Below are positions 8,672 to 19,014 of a stretch of DNA of 64,000 nt, one piece after another. The stretch is from assembly GCA_044376085.1 (NCBI GenBank), contig JBILLN010000004.1:36076-100075 (forward strand), given 5' to 3'. The notes beneath the pieces were generated by a model. The model was not told the origin of the DNA. It was given only the letters and a program-made list of their open reading frames with translations, and ran no database searches. Both the position numbers and the translations under genes were made by a program. This stretch comes from Bradymonadia bacterium. GTDB lineage: Bacteria > Myxococcota_A > Bradymonadia > UBA7976 > UBA1532. Positions within the stretch are counted from its first letter, which is position 1, and the number at the start of each line of letters is the position of its first letter.

Positions 8672-11322
8672 CGCGTGAATTTGACGCGGGTGTCTTCGCC
8701 CGACTCCACGAGGACCTGCTTGACTGCACTCTTCTCACCGCGGTTGCCCTGAAAGAGCACGTGGACCCGGTGGTTGCCGCTGGCGAGCGGATACTTGATC
8801 AGGGGCGTTTCGGCGGCGACCTCCCGGTCGTTGACGAACACCTTGCCCCAGGGTTGCGCCATGACGGTCAGCGTGCCGCGTCCGCCACCGCCGCCGCCGC
8901 CACCGGAAGTGCGCCGTTCCGGGGGGGGGGCGGCCCGCTGTGGCGGCGGCGTGCGACGGACGGGTGGCTCGGCTCGAGGTCGATAGGTGTCCGTCTCCCG
9001 GCTCGCGCGCTCTCGGGGCTCGAGCGCTGCGACCCGCGGGGGTTCGGCCGAGAGCGGGTCGAGCCGGACGTCGAGCGTGACGTCCTTGCGCCCGCCCCAC
9101 TCGACCAATTGGTCGTAGGCCTGGAACCCGTCGCGCAGCAGCTTGACGCGGATGGGCCGGTCCACTGCCAGATCCGGAATCGTGCACGGTGTCCGCCCCC
9201 GGTCGCGACCCTCGATGAACACGGTGGCGCCGCCGGGGCTCGACTCGACCGTCAGGCTGCCCCGGATCTTGGTCAATTGGGCGTCGACGAGGGTCTCTCG
9301 GCCCGCCTCGGGCACGACTTCCGTCTCGAAGACGTCGTACCCGTCGCTGTGTTTGATCGTGATGCGGGCCGGTCGCCCGGCGGGCAACACCGTCCGGGTG
9401 GGGGTCGTTTCGGGCAGGTAGGCGTTCGCGATGCGCACGTTGGCCCCGCTCGGGAACGACCGGATCACGACCGTCCCCTGCCCGCCCTGGGCCGAGCCGA
9501 CCGAGACCGTGGCCGGTTCGAGGGCCGGCGTGGGTCCGGCCGGGCGCAGGAGCAGCGTCGTCAGCACCGCGGCCCCGATCAGGACCATCAGGACGACGCT
9601 GCCGAAGAGGATGCGCTCGCGGGTGAAGAACGTCGGCGGGGGGCCCGGGGGCATCAGGCCTCCGGCCGCCGTCGGCTGCTCGGCGCCGGCCCTCCGCTGA
9701 CGGACCGGACGATGGATCGACTGTGCGCCCGGATCTTTCGGGGGGTCCGTCGGCACCACCGCGCTCGCCGAACTCCGGCCATCCCGCTCCGGAGGACGTG
9801 CCCGCTCCCGCTCTCGGCCGACCGCCGGCCTCGCGGGGCGCTCGGGGACGGGCGTCGGGGCCGCCGCGAACGCCAGCGCCTCGGGGCTCGCCCGCGGACT
9901 CGGCGCGGGGGCGGCCTCCCGACGGCCCCGCGCGGCCGGCTCGGCGCGCCTCGGCTCCGGTTCGGCCCGTCTCCGGGCCGGCGGCGGCGCGGGCTCGTCC
10001 TGGATGATCGAGACCGCGTTCGTGGACTCGTCCTCGAAGGGGTCGAAGTCGAGGTCCGCCGGGGGACCGGGCACCTCGATGGAATCGAAGGCAGCCGCCG
10101 CCTCGGCGGGGGGGCCGTCCATGTTGAGGGTGCTCTTCTCGTCGTCGACCAGGTGAATCTCGTGGCTGTCGATGACGATGAGCTCGGACTTCTCGCCCCG
10201 GGGCAACGCCGCGGGAAAGTCCTGTGGATGCGCCTGCTGCGCGGCCGTGACGTCCTGAGTGGGCTCCTCGCCGTCCCAGGTGGCCTCCGAGGGGGGCGGC
10301 CCTTCCAGCGCGATCTGCGAAATGAGCGAAGCGCCGTCGAGTCCGAACTCGGCGCGGCTCCGGATGAGGAGATGGTCGAGGTCTTCGCTCTCGTCCGGGC
10401 CGGACTCGTCGAGGAAGATCTCTCGCATCATCTTGCCGAGGCGCGCCTTGCCGAAGGCGCTGCTCGTCGTCCGCAGGAACTTGTGGAGATCCTTCTGCAG
10501 GTGGAGCGCGGAGGGATAGCGGTCCTCGCGGTCGCGGGACAGGGTCTTCATGACCACCCGCTCCAGGTTGGGCGGGATCTCCGGACGCAGCAGACTCGGC
10601 GGGGCGATGTCGGCCTTGCGGACGCGCGACAGCAGGGAGGCGTCGTCCTCGTCCTTGTAGAGGAGCTCGCCCGTGAGCATCTCGTACAGCACGATCCCGA
10701 GGCTGAAGACGTCCGTCCGGTGGTCGAGCGGCTCTCCCCGCGCCTGCTCCGGGCTCATGTAGTAGAACTTGCCCTTGATGATGCCCGACTCGGTCTCGTA
10801 GGCGCGGAGCGCAGCCTTGGCGATCCCGAAATCGACCAGCTTCGCCTCGCCTTCGTACGAAAGCAGGACATTCTGGGGCGAGATGTCCCGGTGGATGATG
10901 TTGAGCGGCCGACCGCGGCTGTCCTTCTTGCGGTGCGCATAGTCGAGCCCGGCCGCGCACTCGGCGGCCACCCACGCCGCCCCGTCGATCGGGAACTGAA
11001 GGCGTCGGTCCTTCAGGCGTTTCATCGTGCGGTAGAGGTCCCGACCGTCGATGAACTCCATCGCGATGAAGTAGTGGTCCTCGACTTTTCCGAGGTCGAA
11101 GATCTGCGCGATGTTCGAATGCGAGAGCTCGACCGAGATCCGTGCCTCGTCGATGAGCATCTCGATGAAGTCCGCGTCTTCGCTGTACCGCGGATGCAGA
11201 CGCTTGATGGCCAGGATCTTCTCGAAGCCGCCGAGCCCGGGGGCCTTGGCCTTGAAGATCTCGGCCATTCCACCGATGGCGATGCGTTCCTGGAGGATGT
11301 AGCGACCGAACTGCTCGTGCAT
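8668..11322 (-). CDS. Pkn-type Ser/Thr protein kinase, one TM helix, periplasmic PEGA domains
   Basis: Motifs FGRYIL..IAIGGMAEIF, AIKRL, HRDISPQN, DFGIA and KGKFYYMSPEQ. An acidic/Pro-rich linker precedes TM ILFGSVVLMVLIGAAVLTTLLL and PEGA-like SFPSGANV, SSPGGATVFIEG and AQPWGKVFVN. Confidence 0.93.
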   Translation of the reverse strand: MHEQFGRYILQERIAIGGMAEIFKAKAPGLGGFEKILAIKRLHPRYSEDADFIEMLIDEARISVELSHSNIAQIFDLGKVEDHYFIAMEFIDGRDLYRTMKRLKDRRLQFPIDGAAWVAAECAAGLDYAHRKKDSRGRPLNIIHRDISPQNVLLSYEGEAKLVDFGIAKAALRAYETESGIIKGKFYYMSPEQARGEPLDHRTDVFSLGIVLYEMLTGELLYKDEDDASLLSRVRKADIAPPSLLRPEIPPNLERVVMKTLSRDREDRYPSALHLQKDLHKFLRTTSSAFGKARLGKMMREIFLDESGPDESEDLDHLLIRSRAEFGLDGASLISQIALEGPPPSEATWDGEEPTQDVTAAQQAHPQDFPAALPRGEKSELIVIDSHEIHLVDDEKSTLNMDGPPAEAAAAFDSIEVPGPPADLDFDPFEDESTNAVSIIQDEPAPPPARRRAEPEPRRAEPAARGRREAAPAPSPRASPEALAFAAAPTPVPERPARPAVGRERERARPPERDGRSSASAVVPTDPPKDPGAQSIHRPVRQRRAGAEQPTAAGGLMPPGPPPTFFTRERILFGSVVLMVLIGAAVLTTLLLRPAGPTPALEPATVSVGSAQGGQGTVVIRSFPSGANVRIANAYLPETTPTRTVLPAGRPARITIKHSDGYDVFETEVVPEAGRETLVDAQLTKIRGSLTVESSPGGATVFIEGRDRGRTPCTIPDLAVDRPIRVKLLRDGFQAYDQLVEWGGRKDVTLDVRLDPLSAEPPRVAALEPRERASRETDTYRPRAEPPVRRTPPPQRAAPPPERRTSGGGGGGGGRGTLTVMAQPWGKVFVNDREVAAETPLIKYPLASGNHRVHVLFQGNRGEKSAVKQVLVESGEDTRVKFTR

Positions 11323-11332
11323 GGCGGGGGGC

Positions 11333-11361
11333 ATTCTAGGGCAAACCTCGTGCTTTCGCGA
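11333..11361 (-). promoter_or_regulatory. candidate sigma70 promoter of the kinase gene
   Basis: Minus strand TCGCGA-N17-TAGAAT, 10 nt before ATG 11322. Confidence 0.4.
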
Positions 11362-11383
11362 TTCGCTGCGCAGGGGGGCACCG

Positions 11384-11412
11384 TTGACGCTCGCCGCGAC
11401 CCATCGCATTCT
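11384..11412 (+). promoter_or_regulatory. candidate sigma70 promoter of the FHA-EBP gene (leaderless geometry)
   Basis: TTGACG-N17-CATTCT, 7 nt before ATG 11420; no Shine-Dalgarno. Confidence 0.5.
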
Positions 11413-11419
11413 CTCCGGC

Positions 11420-12904
<1,485 letters not shown>

Positions 12905-12924
12905 ACGCAGAAAGCAGCGCACGC

Positions 12925-14097
12925 ATGTTCGAAGACCGCTTCACCGAGGACCACCGGATGTTCCGCAAGGCCGTCCGGGATTGGTGCGACCGCGAGATCG
13001 TCCCCCGGGCAGAGGAGTTCGAGCGCAACGAGCTCACGCCCCGCGAGATTTTCCGGCGCGCCGGCGAGCTCGGTTTCCTGGGGGCCCGCTTCGACGAGGC
13101 GGCCGGGGGCAGCGGCGGTGACTTCTGGTTCACCGTCTGCTGGGCAGAAGAGCTCGCCCGAGCCGGACTCGCCGGGACGGCGATGGGCCTCCTGGTGCAG
13201 TCGGACATGGCGACCCCCGTCATCGGAGCGCTCGGGACGAAGGCGCAGATCGACGAGTTCCTGAAGCCGGCGCTCACCGGCGAGAAGATCGCAGCGCTCG
13301 GCGTGACGGAACCCGGCGCCGGCTCGGATGTCGCCGCCATCCGGACGACCGCGCGCCGCGACGGAGACGACTACATCATCGACGGTGCCAAGACCTACAT
13401 CACCAACGGCACCCAGGCGGACTTCATCACGCTCGCCGTTCGAACGGACCCCGACGCCAAACCCAACTGGGCCGGCATCTCGCTCGTGCTCTTTCCGACC
13501 AACACGAAGGGCTTCAGCATCGGCCGCAAGCTCAAGAAGCTCGGTAATCACAGCAGCGACACCGCGGAGTTGCACTTCGACGGTTGCCGGATTCCACGGC
13601 GCTACCTCCTCGGGGAGGAGAACCACGGCTTCGTCTACATCATGCGCAACTTCCAGGGCGAGCGGCTCGTCGGCGCCCTCACCGCGGCGGCCGGGGCGCG
13701 GCGGGTCTGGGAACGGTCGCTGGAATACGGTCAGCAGCGGCAGGCCTTCGGCAAACCGATCATCAAGTTCCAGGTGTGGAAGCATCACTTCGTCGACATG
13801 CTGACGGAGCTCGATGCGGGGACCGCCCTGTCGTACGTGGCGGCCGACAAGTATGACCGGTATCTGCAGGATCCGGCGCGCAACCCGGACGCGACGCGAG
13901 AGATCTCCCAGGCGAAACTCTACTGCGCGGAGATGGCACAGCGGGTCATCGACCGCTGCCTCCAGTTCCACGGCGGCATGGGCTACATGGAAGAGTACTT
14001 CATCGCCCGGACCTGGCGGGACACGCGCCTGATCAGCATCGGCGGCGGAACGAGCGAGGTCATGAAAGAGATCATCTCGAAGTACATCGGGCTCTGA
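12925..14097 (+). CDS. acyl-CoA dehydrogenase
   Basis: Motifs ALGVTEPGAGSDV, GAKTYITNG, RQAFGKPI, QFHGGMGYMEE and IGGGTSE. Start MFEDRFTEDH at 12925. Confidence 0.95.
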   Translation: MFEDRFTEDHRMFRKAVRDWCDREIVPRAEEFERNELTPREIFRRAGELGFLGARFDEAAGGSGGDFWFTVCWAEELARAGLAGTAMGLLVQSDMATPVIGALGTKAQIDEFLKPALTGEKIAALGVTEPGAGSDVAAIRTTARRDGDDYIIDGAKTYITNGTQADFITLAVRTDPDAKPNWAGISLVLFPTNTKGFSIGRKLKKLGNHSSDTAELHFDGCRIPRRYLLGEENHGFVYIMRNFQGERLVGALTAAAGARRVWERSLEYGQQRQAFGKPIIKFQVWKHHFVDMLTELDAGTALSYVAADKYDRYLQDPARNPDATREISQAKLYCAEMAQRVIDRCLQFHGGMGYMEEYFIARTWRDTRLISIGGGTSEVMKEIISKYIGL

Positions 14098-14120
14098 CCC
14101 CGCCGGCCGCTCCGCCGCCG

Positions 14121-15974
14121 TCAGTCGAAGGCGTGGCTGATCGTCAGACGTTGACCGGGCTTCAGCGTGATCTCGGTGGCATGGCTCCGACCGTCCCCGG
14201 TTTCGAGACGCAGCCGGTGCCGGCCGGGCTTGACGGGGTGGCTCACCAGCGGTGTGTGCCGATTCAGTTTTGCGCCGTCGAGGTAGACCCAGGCCCACGG
14301 AAGCGTGCTGATCGTCAGGTACGCACGCAGTGCCGGTGGGGTCGCTGTCGGGGGCGCGGGTCCCGGGACCTCCGGTCGGAGGGCCTCATCGGGCGGCAAG
14401 GACGGGGACGCCGACGCTCGGGCCGGCTCCGGCGCTGACGGGAGCGTCTCCGCAGCGGCAGCCGGCGGTGGCGCCGGGAGCGTCACCGGGGCAATGACCG
14501 TCGCGGCGGCCGGGCCCGTTGCGGGGGCCGCCACCGCGCCGAGATTGGGGCCGGCGCGGCGCACGACGACGTGTTCGACCGTCGGCTCCGGTCCCCCGAA
14601 ACGCAACGCCAGCAGCACCGCCGTCAGAAACCCCAGCATCCCGAGCACCGCCCAGCCCGGTCGCGTCGGACGCCACCACGCGAGGCCCGCGTCCCCGGCG
14701 TCCGTCCCCGGCTCCCGGACGGCCGCGACGACGTCGGGCCGAGCGTCCGTTGCCGATCGACCCTCGTTCCCTCCCGACGCCGGCGCCGCGAGGATCAGGG
14801 TCCCGGGTGGCTCTTCGTCAATGACCGTCGCGGCGGTGCCCGGCGGCGGGTCGATGGGCGCCCGAACGGTGGCGACCATGCCCTGGGGGTCCTCCATCCG
14901 CGTGAGGCGCTCGATGCGCGCGGCATCCCAGGCCGTGGCGGCCGCAAACGCGCCGCTGCCCTCGTCGACCGGCCGGAAGTCGTCGTTGGCGTCCGCGGGA
15001 GACGAGGTCTCACCGGGCAGGTCATCGGCCAGGAAGGCGGCCACCTCGTCCGACCCGAAGTCGGGGGCCAGTTCCGCGAGCGCACGGTCGATGACCCGTG
15101 CCATCTCGTCCGCCGATTGAAATCGGTCGTCGGCGGCCTTCTGCAAGGCTCGCAGGACCAGCGCGTCCACCCGCTCCGTGACGTCGGCGCGATGGTGACT
15201 CGGCGGTGTCGCCCGCTTTCTCAGAATCTCGTCGTAGATCTGAAACTCGTTCGACCCGCTGAACGGAAGATGCCCCACCAGCATCTTGTACAGCGTCATC
15301 CCGAGCGAAAAGACGTCGGCCCGGCAGTCCACGGGCCGCGCCTGGGCCTGCTCCGGGCTCATGTACTGGAGCTTGCCCTTGATGATCCCGGTCCGGGTCG
15401 TGGTCAGGTTGGTCTCGGCCTTCGCGACGCCGAAGTCGATGAGTTTGACCTCGCCCGTTCTCGAGACGAGGACGTTGTGGGGAGATACGTCCCGATGGAC
15501 GACGCGCATGGGCCGGCCAGCCGCGTCCGTGAGGGTGTGGGCGGCGTGCAGTCCGCGGGCGACGCACCGGGAAACGTGCAGCGCGAGGGTCAGCGGGAGG
15601 TCCCGCCGTTCGGCCCGGACCCGTCGGAGAATCGAGGCGAGATCGAATCCGTCGACGAACTCCAGCGCCAGGAAGTGGGCGGCGCCGACCTGGCCGAAGT
15701 CGAGCAGCGACACGACGTTCGGGTGCTGAATTCGACCCGCAATGTGCGCTTCGTCGAGGAGCATCTGCACGTACCGCTTGCTCGTGGCGTACGCGGGCAG
15801 AAGACGCTTGATTGCGACCTGTCGACGGGGGCTCAGCGGACCGTCGGTCTCCGCGAGGTAGACCTCGGCCATGCCGCCGCGGCCCAGCTGCCGGAGGAGC
15901 CGATATCGACCGAACGCCGAGGCGTCCAGCGCCTCCGTGTCCTGTCCCCCCTCCCTATTGGCAGCGCCACTCAC
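14121..15974 (-). CDS. Pkn-type Ser/Thr protein kinase, one TM helix, C-terminal PEGA-like domain
   Basis: Motifs FGRYRLLRQLGRGGMAEVY, HRDVSPHN, DFGVAK and KGKLQYMSPEQ; TM WAVLGMLGFLTAVLLAL; C-terminal LTISTLPWAWVYLDG. Probable start is GTG 15974, overlapping the upstream stop. Confidence 0.9.
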   Translation of the reverse strand: MSGAANREGGQDTEALDASAFGRYRLLRQLGRGGMAEVYLAETDGPLSPRRQVAIKRLLPAYATSKRYVQMLLDEAHIAGRIQHPNVVSLLDFGQVGAAHFLALEFVDGFDLASILRRVRAERRDLPLTLALHVSRCVARGLHAAHTLTDAAGRPMRVVHRDVSPHNVLVSRTGEVKLIDFGVAKAETNLTTTRTGIIKGKLQYMSPEQAQARPVDCRADVFSLGMTLYKMLVGHLPFSGSNEFQIYDEILRKRATPPSHHRADVTERVDALVLRALQKAADDRFQSADEMARVIDRALAELAPDFGSDEVAAFLADDLPGETSSPADANDDFRPVDEGSGAFAAATAWDAARIERLTRMEDPQGMVATVRAPIDPPPGTAATVIDEEPPGTLILAAPASGGNEGRSATDARPDVVAAVREPGTDAGDAGLAWWRPTRPGWAVLGMLGFLTAVLLALRFGGPEPTVEHVVVRRAGPNLGAVAAPATGPAAATVIAPVTLPAPPPAAAAETLPSAPEPARASASPSLPPDEALRPEVPGPAPPTATPPALRAYLTISTLPWAWVYLDGAKLNRHTPLVSHPVKPGRHRLRLETGDGRSHATEITLKPGQRLTISHAFD

Positions 15975-18900
15975 CGTTGCCGCCTTGCTGGCACGTCTGG
16001 GGGGCAGCGCAGGCCCCCGAGTCTCCACACCGGCAGCGTTCCATGCCGCCGCAGCGATTTCCCCCGTGGCTCCGGCAGTACTCGTCCATCTCGTCGTCGA
16101 CGTTGCCGTCGCAGTCGTCGTCGGCGCCGTTGCACGTTTCGGGCGTTCCCTCGGGCGGAGACGCGTCACAGACGGCCGCGTTTCCGGCGCAGACGATCAT
16201 GCCGGGGGTGACGCAGGCGCCCATGCCCGCCGAGCACGGCGCGCCGACACCGAGTCCCTCGTCGACGTCGCCATCGCAGTCGTCGTCGAGCCCATTGCAG
16301 GCCTCGGCGACCGCGCGCGGTTGAACCACGCACTCCCCGAAGGCCCCCGCAACGCACGTCCTTCGACCGGTCGAGCAGGGGGCGGGGCGCCCCGTGTCGC
16401 AGTCCTGCACGAGGTCGTCGTCGACCGAGCCGTTGCAGTCGTCATCCAGTCCGTTACACGTCTCGGCCTGGGGGCGCGTCTCCCCTTCGCAGGCGCCGAA
16501 CATCCCGCCCACGCACGTCTGGGTGCCGTTGCGGCAAATGCCCCGGCCCGCCGTATTCGCCGGCCCGCCGTAGCAGGACTGGGCGATCGCCGCCCCCCCC
16601 ACCAGGTCCGCCGAGCCGTCGCAGTCATCGTCGATGCCATTGCAGCGCTCTGCGGCCGGCATGCCTGGGCGGGCATCGCAGACCGCCCGACCTCCCCGGC
16701 CGCAGACGAGGCGACCGGCCTCCTGACACGCCCCGACGCCTTCGGAGCAGGCATCCCCGAGACCGAAGCCCTCGTCCGTCCGACCATCGCAGTTGTCGTC
16801 TTCGCCGTTGCAGGCCTCCGGCTCGGGGGCGCCGGGCACGGCGTTGCACACCAGCTCGCCCGTGCGGCCGTTGCAGACTCGCTGCCCGGGGCGCTCGCAT
16901 GCGCCGACCCCGTTGGCGCACCGATCACCCGCGCCGGGGGCGTCGTCGGTCGTGCCGTTGCAGTCGTCGTCGATGTCGTTGCACGTCTCGTTTCTCGGGC
17001 AGACCTGCCCGTCGCACGGTCCCCACCCGAGAACGTCGCAGACGCGCTCTCCCCGGCGGCAGATGCCGGCGCCCGGCATCCCGGCACCGCACGGATAGCA
17101 GGCCTCTCTCAGGAAGCCCCCCTCCGGACGGTCGTTGTCCTCGCCATTGCAGTCGTCATCGACGGCGTTGCAGACCTCGGGCGACGGAATCACCTCGTCG
17201 AAGCAGGTGTCCGACCACACGGCGGCGTTCGCCCCGGCCGGTGACTCGCAGGTTCGGGTGCCACCGATACACGGGCCGACCCCCTCCGTACCGCCCGGTC
17301 CGGTGTAGCAGTCCTGTCGCAGGGCGGCGTCCCCCCCGGGCGCATTGTCCAGGCGGCCGTCGCAGTCGTCGTCGCTGCCATTGCAGATGTCTTCGAACGC
17401 ACCGGCGGGGATCCCGATGCACAGGACGATCTTCCGGCCCTTTGCCGCCGGATCCGGGCTGCACACGTTGGGCGCCGAATAACAACCGCACGGAGTCGCC
17501 CCCGGGCAGTCGTCTCCGCACCGCTCGGGGGCCGACGGGCCGCCGGCGACCGTCGCGAGCGGGTTGCCCTCGTCGGCAACTCCGTCGCAGTCGTCGTCGA
17601 CGCCGTTACAGACCTCCACAGCGCCCGGACCGATCGTCGCCCCGGCCCCCGGCTGGTCGTTGCAGTCGACGGAGGCCGGCCAGCCATCGCCATCCGCATC
17701 CTGCGTGCCGCCGCAGGGGGCGTCCCGACCATCGCAGTCCTGGTCGACGTCGTCGCCGCATCGCTCGGCGGCGCCGGGCCGAATCAACGCATCCTGATCG
17801 TTGCAGTCCGACCCGCCCAGCGCGCGGTCGCGGACGCCATCGCCATCGCGGTCGCCCTCGGGGCACACTTCGGCGACCCCGTCGCAGTTCTCGTCCACCC
17901 GGGTCGGAGACGCCGGATCATCGCAGCGCTCGGGAGCGCCCGGGTGAACCGCCGCGTTCAGGTCGTCACAGTCCGAGCCGGGACCCGCGCACCGGTGGTC
18001 TCCGCCGATGGCGGTTCCCACGCAGGAATAGCCGTCGCCGTCCAGATCTTCCGGGACACACGGCAGGTCGATGCCGTCGCAATCCTGGTCAATCCGGTCA
18101 CCACACGGGTCGAGGGCGCCGAAGTACCGCGTCGGATCGGCATCGTCGCAATCCTGGGTGCCGGAAGCCCCGTCGCCGTCCGCGTCACAGACGGCGACGA
18201 CCCCATCGCAGTCGTCGTCGACTGCGTTGGCGCAATTCTCCGGCATGCCGGGGTTCACGTTGAGGTTCCCGTCGTCGCAGTCCCGCTCGCCGGCGGCGCC
18301 GTCCGCGAAGTACCCGTCGCCATCGGCGTCGAGGCGCGCACACTCGCTGTCGAGGCCGTCCGCGCAGTCGTTGTCGAGGCCGTCTCCGCAGAACGCCCGA
18401 TTTCGGGCTTGCAACGCGGCGTCACCGAGGACCGCCTCGGCCGAGGGCTCCGACGGCAGGAAGGGGTGGGCCGCCGCGGCACCGTCGGCGCAGTCCGAAA
18501 CCGCGCGGCGGACGAGCTCCGGCACCCCGGCACAGCACGCCGGCCCCGCTGCACACGACACGACGAGGTCGCCATCGGCATCGCAGGTCGGCTCGAACGG
18601 CAACAGATCCAAGACCATCCGCGTGGGCCCGTCCACCCGGGCGACACCGGCCCCGAAGGCGATCGGGGCCTCGCACACGCACGCCGCTTCGACCGTATCC
18701 CCCTGGACGCACGTCGCCGTCCGGGCGCAACCGATGACGTAGACGGCCACGGTGCCGGCGAACGGCTCGTTGGGGCGCAAGGCAATCGTCTGCTGCAGCC
18801 CGTCGGCGGCGTCGAGGGGTGGGATGTAGACGCTCGCTGCGACCGCCCGGGGCGGGCCGTCGTCCCGAATGCGGACGAGCAGCGAAACCGGCGCGGGCGT

Positions 18901-19014
18901 GCCCTCGGCTCGCCGGATCACGAGGTCGAGGCGGTCCGGGGGCGGCGCTGCGCACCCCACCTGCGCGGCCGTTGCCAGCGCCGCGCAGGCGAGAAGGCGT
19001 CTCAGTTGCTGCAC
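15955..19014 (-). CDS. Cys/Asp-rich lipoprotein with MopE-like putative metal-binding repeats
   Basis: GTG 19014 gives QQLRRLLACAALATAAQVGC (lipobox). Many DxDGDG..DCDD..PG..ExC..DxDCDG and CNGxDDDCxG repeats. Confidence 0.88.
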   Translation of the reverse strand: MQQLRRLLACAALATAAQVGCAAPPPDRLDLVIRRAEGTPAPVSLLVRIRDDGPPRAVAASVYIPPLDAADGLQQTIALRPNEPFAGTVAVYVIGCARTATCVQGDTVEAACVCEAPIAFGAGVARVDGPTRMVLDLLPFEPTCDADGDLVVSCAAGPACCAGVPELVRRAVSDCADGAAAAHPFLPSEPSAEAVLGDAALQARNRAFCGDGLDNDCADGLDSECARLDADGDGYFADGAAGERDCDDGNLNVNPGMPENCANAVDDDCDGVVAVCDADGDGASGTQDCDDADPTRYFGALDPCGDRIDQDCDGIDLPCVPEDLDGDGYSCVGTAIGGDHRCAGPGSDCDDLNAAVHPGAPERCDDPASPTRVDENCDGVAEVCPEGDRDGDGVRDRALGGSDCNDQDALIRPGAAERCGDDVDQDCDGRDAPCGGTQDADGDGWPASVDCNDQPGAGATIGPGAVEVCNGVDDDCDGVADEGNPLATVAGGPSAPERCGDDCPGATPCGCYSAPNVCSPDPAAKGRKIVLCIGIPAGAFEDICNGSDDDCDGRLDNAPGGDAALRQDCYTGPGGTEGVGPCIGGTRTCESPAGANAAVWSDTCFDEVIPSPEVCNAVDDDCNGEDNDRPEGGFLREACYPCGAGMPGAGICRRGERVCDVLGWGPCDGQVCPRNETCNDIDDDCNGTTDDAPGAGDRCANGVGACERPGQRVCNGRTGELVCNAVPGAPEPEACNGEDDNCDGRTDEGFGLGDACSEGVGACQEAGRLVCGRGGRAVCDARPGMPAAERCNGIDDDCDGSADLVGGAAIAQSCYGGPANTAGRGICRNGTQTCVGGMFGACEGETRPQAETCNGLDDDCNGSVDDDLVQDCDTGRPAPCSTGRRTCVAGAFGECVVQPRAVAEACNGLDDDCDGDVDEGLGVGAPCSAGMGACVTPGMIVCAGNAAVCDASPPEGTPETCNGADDDCDGNVDDEMDEYCRSHGGNRCGGMERCRCGDSGACAAPQTCQQGGNGEWRCQ

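Noticed and set aside
15930-16169. Possible programmed frameshift fusing the Cys-rich protein to the kinase (G-run after the stop)
   Set aside because: An in-frame GTG at 15974 gives an ordinary overlapping start, and an exported protein fused directly to a cytoplasmic kinase domain would be topologically implausible.
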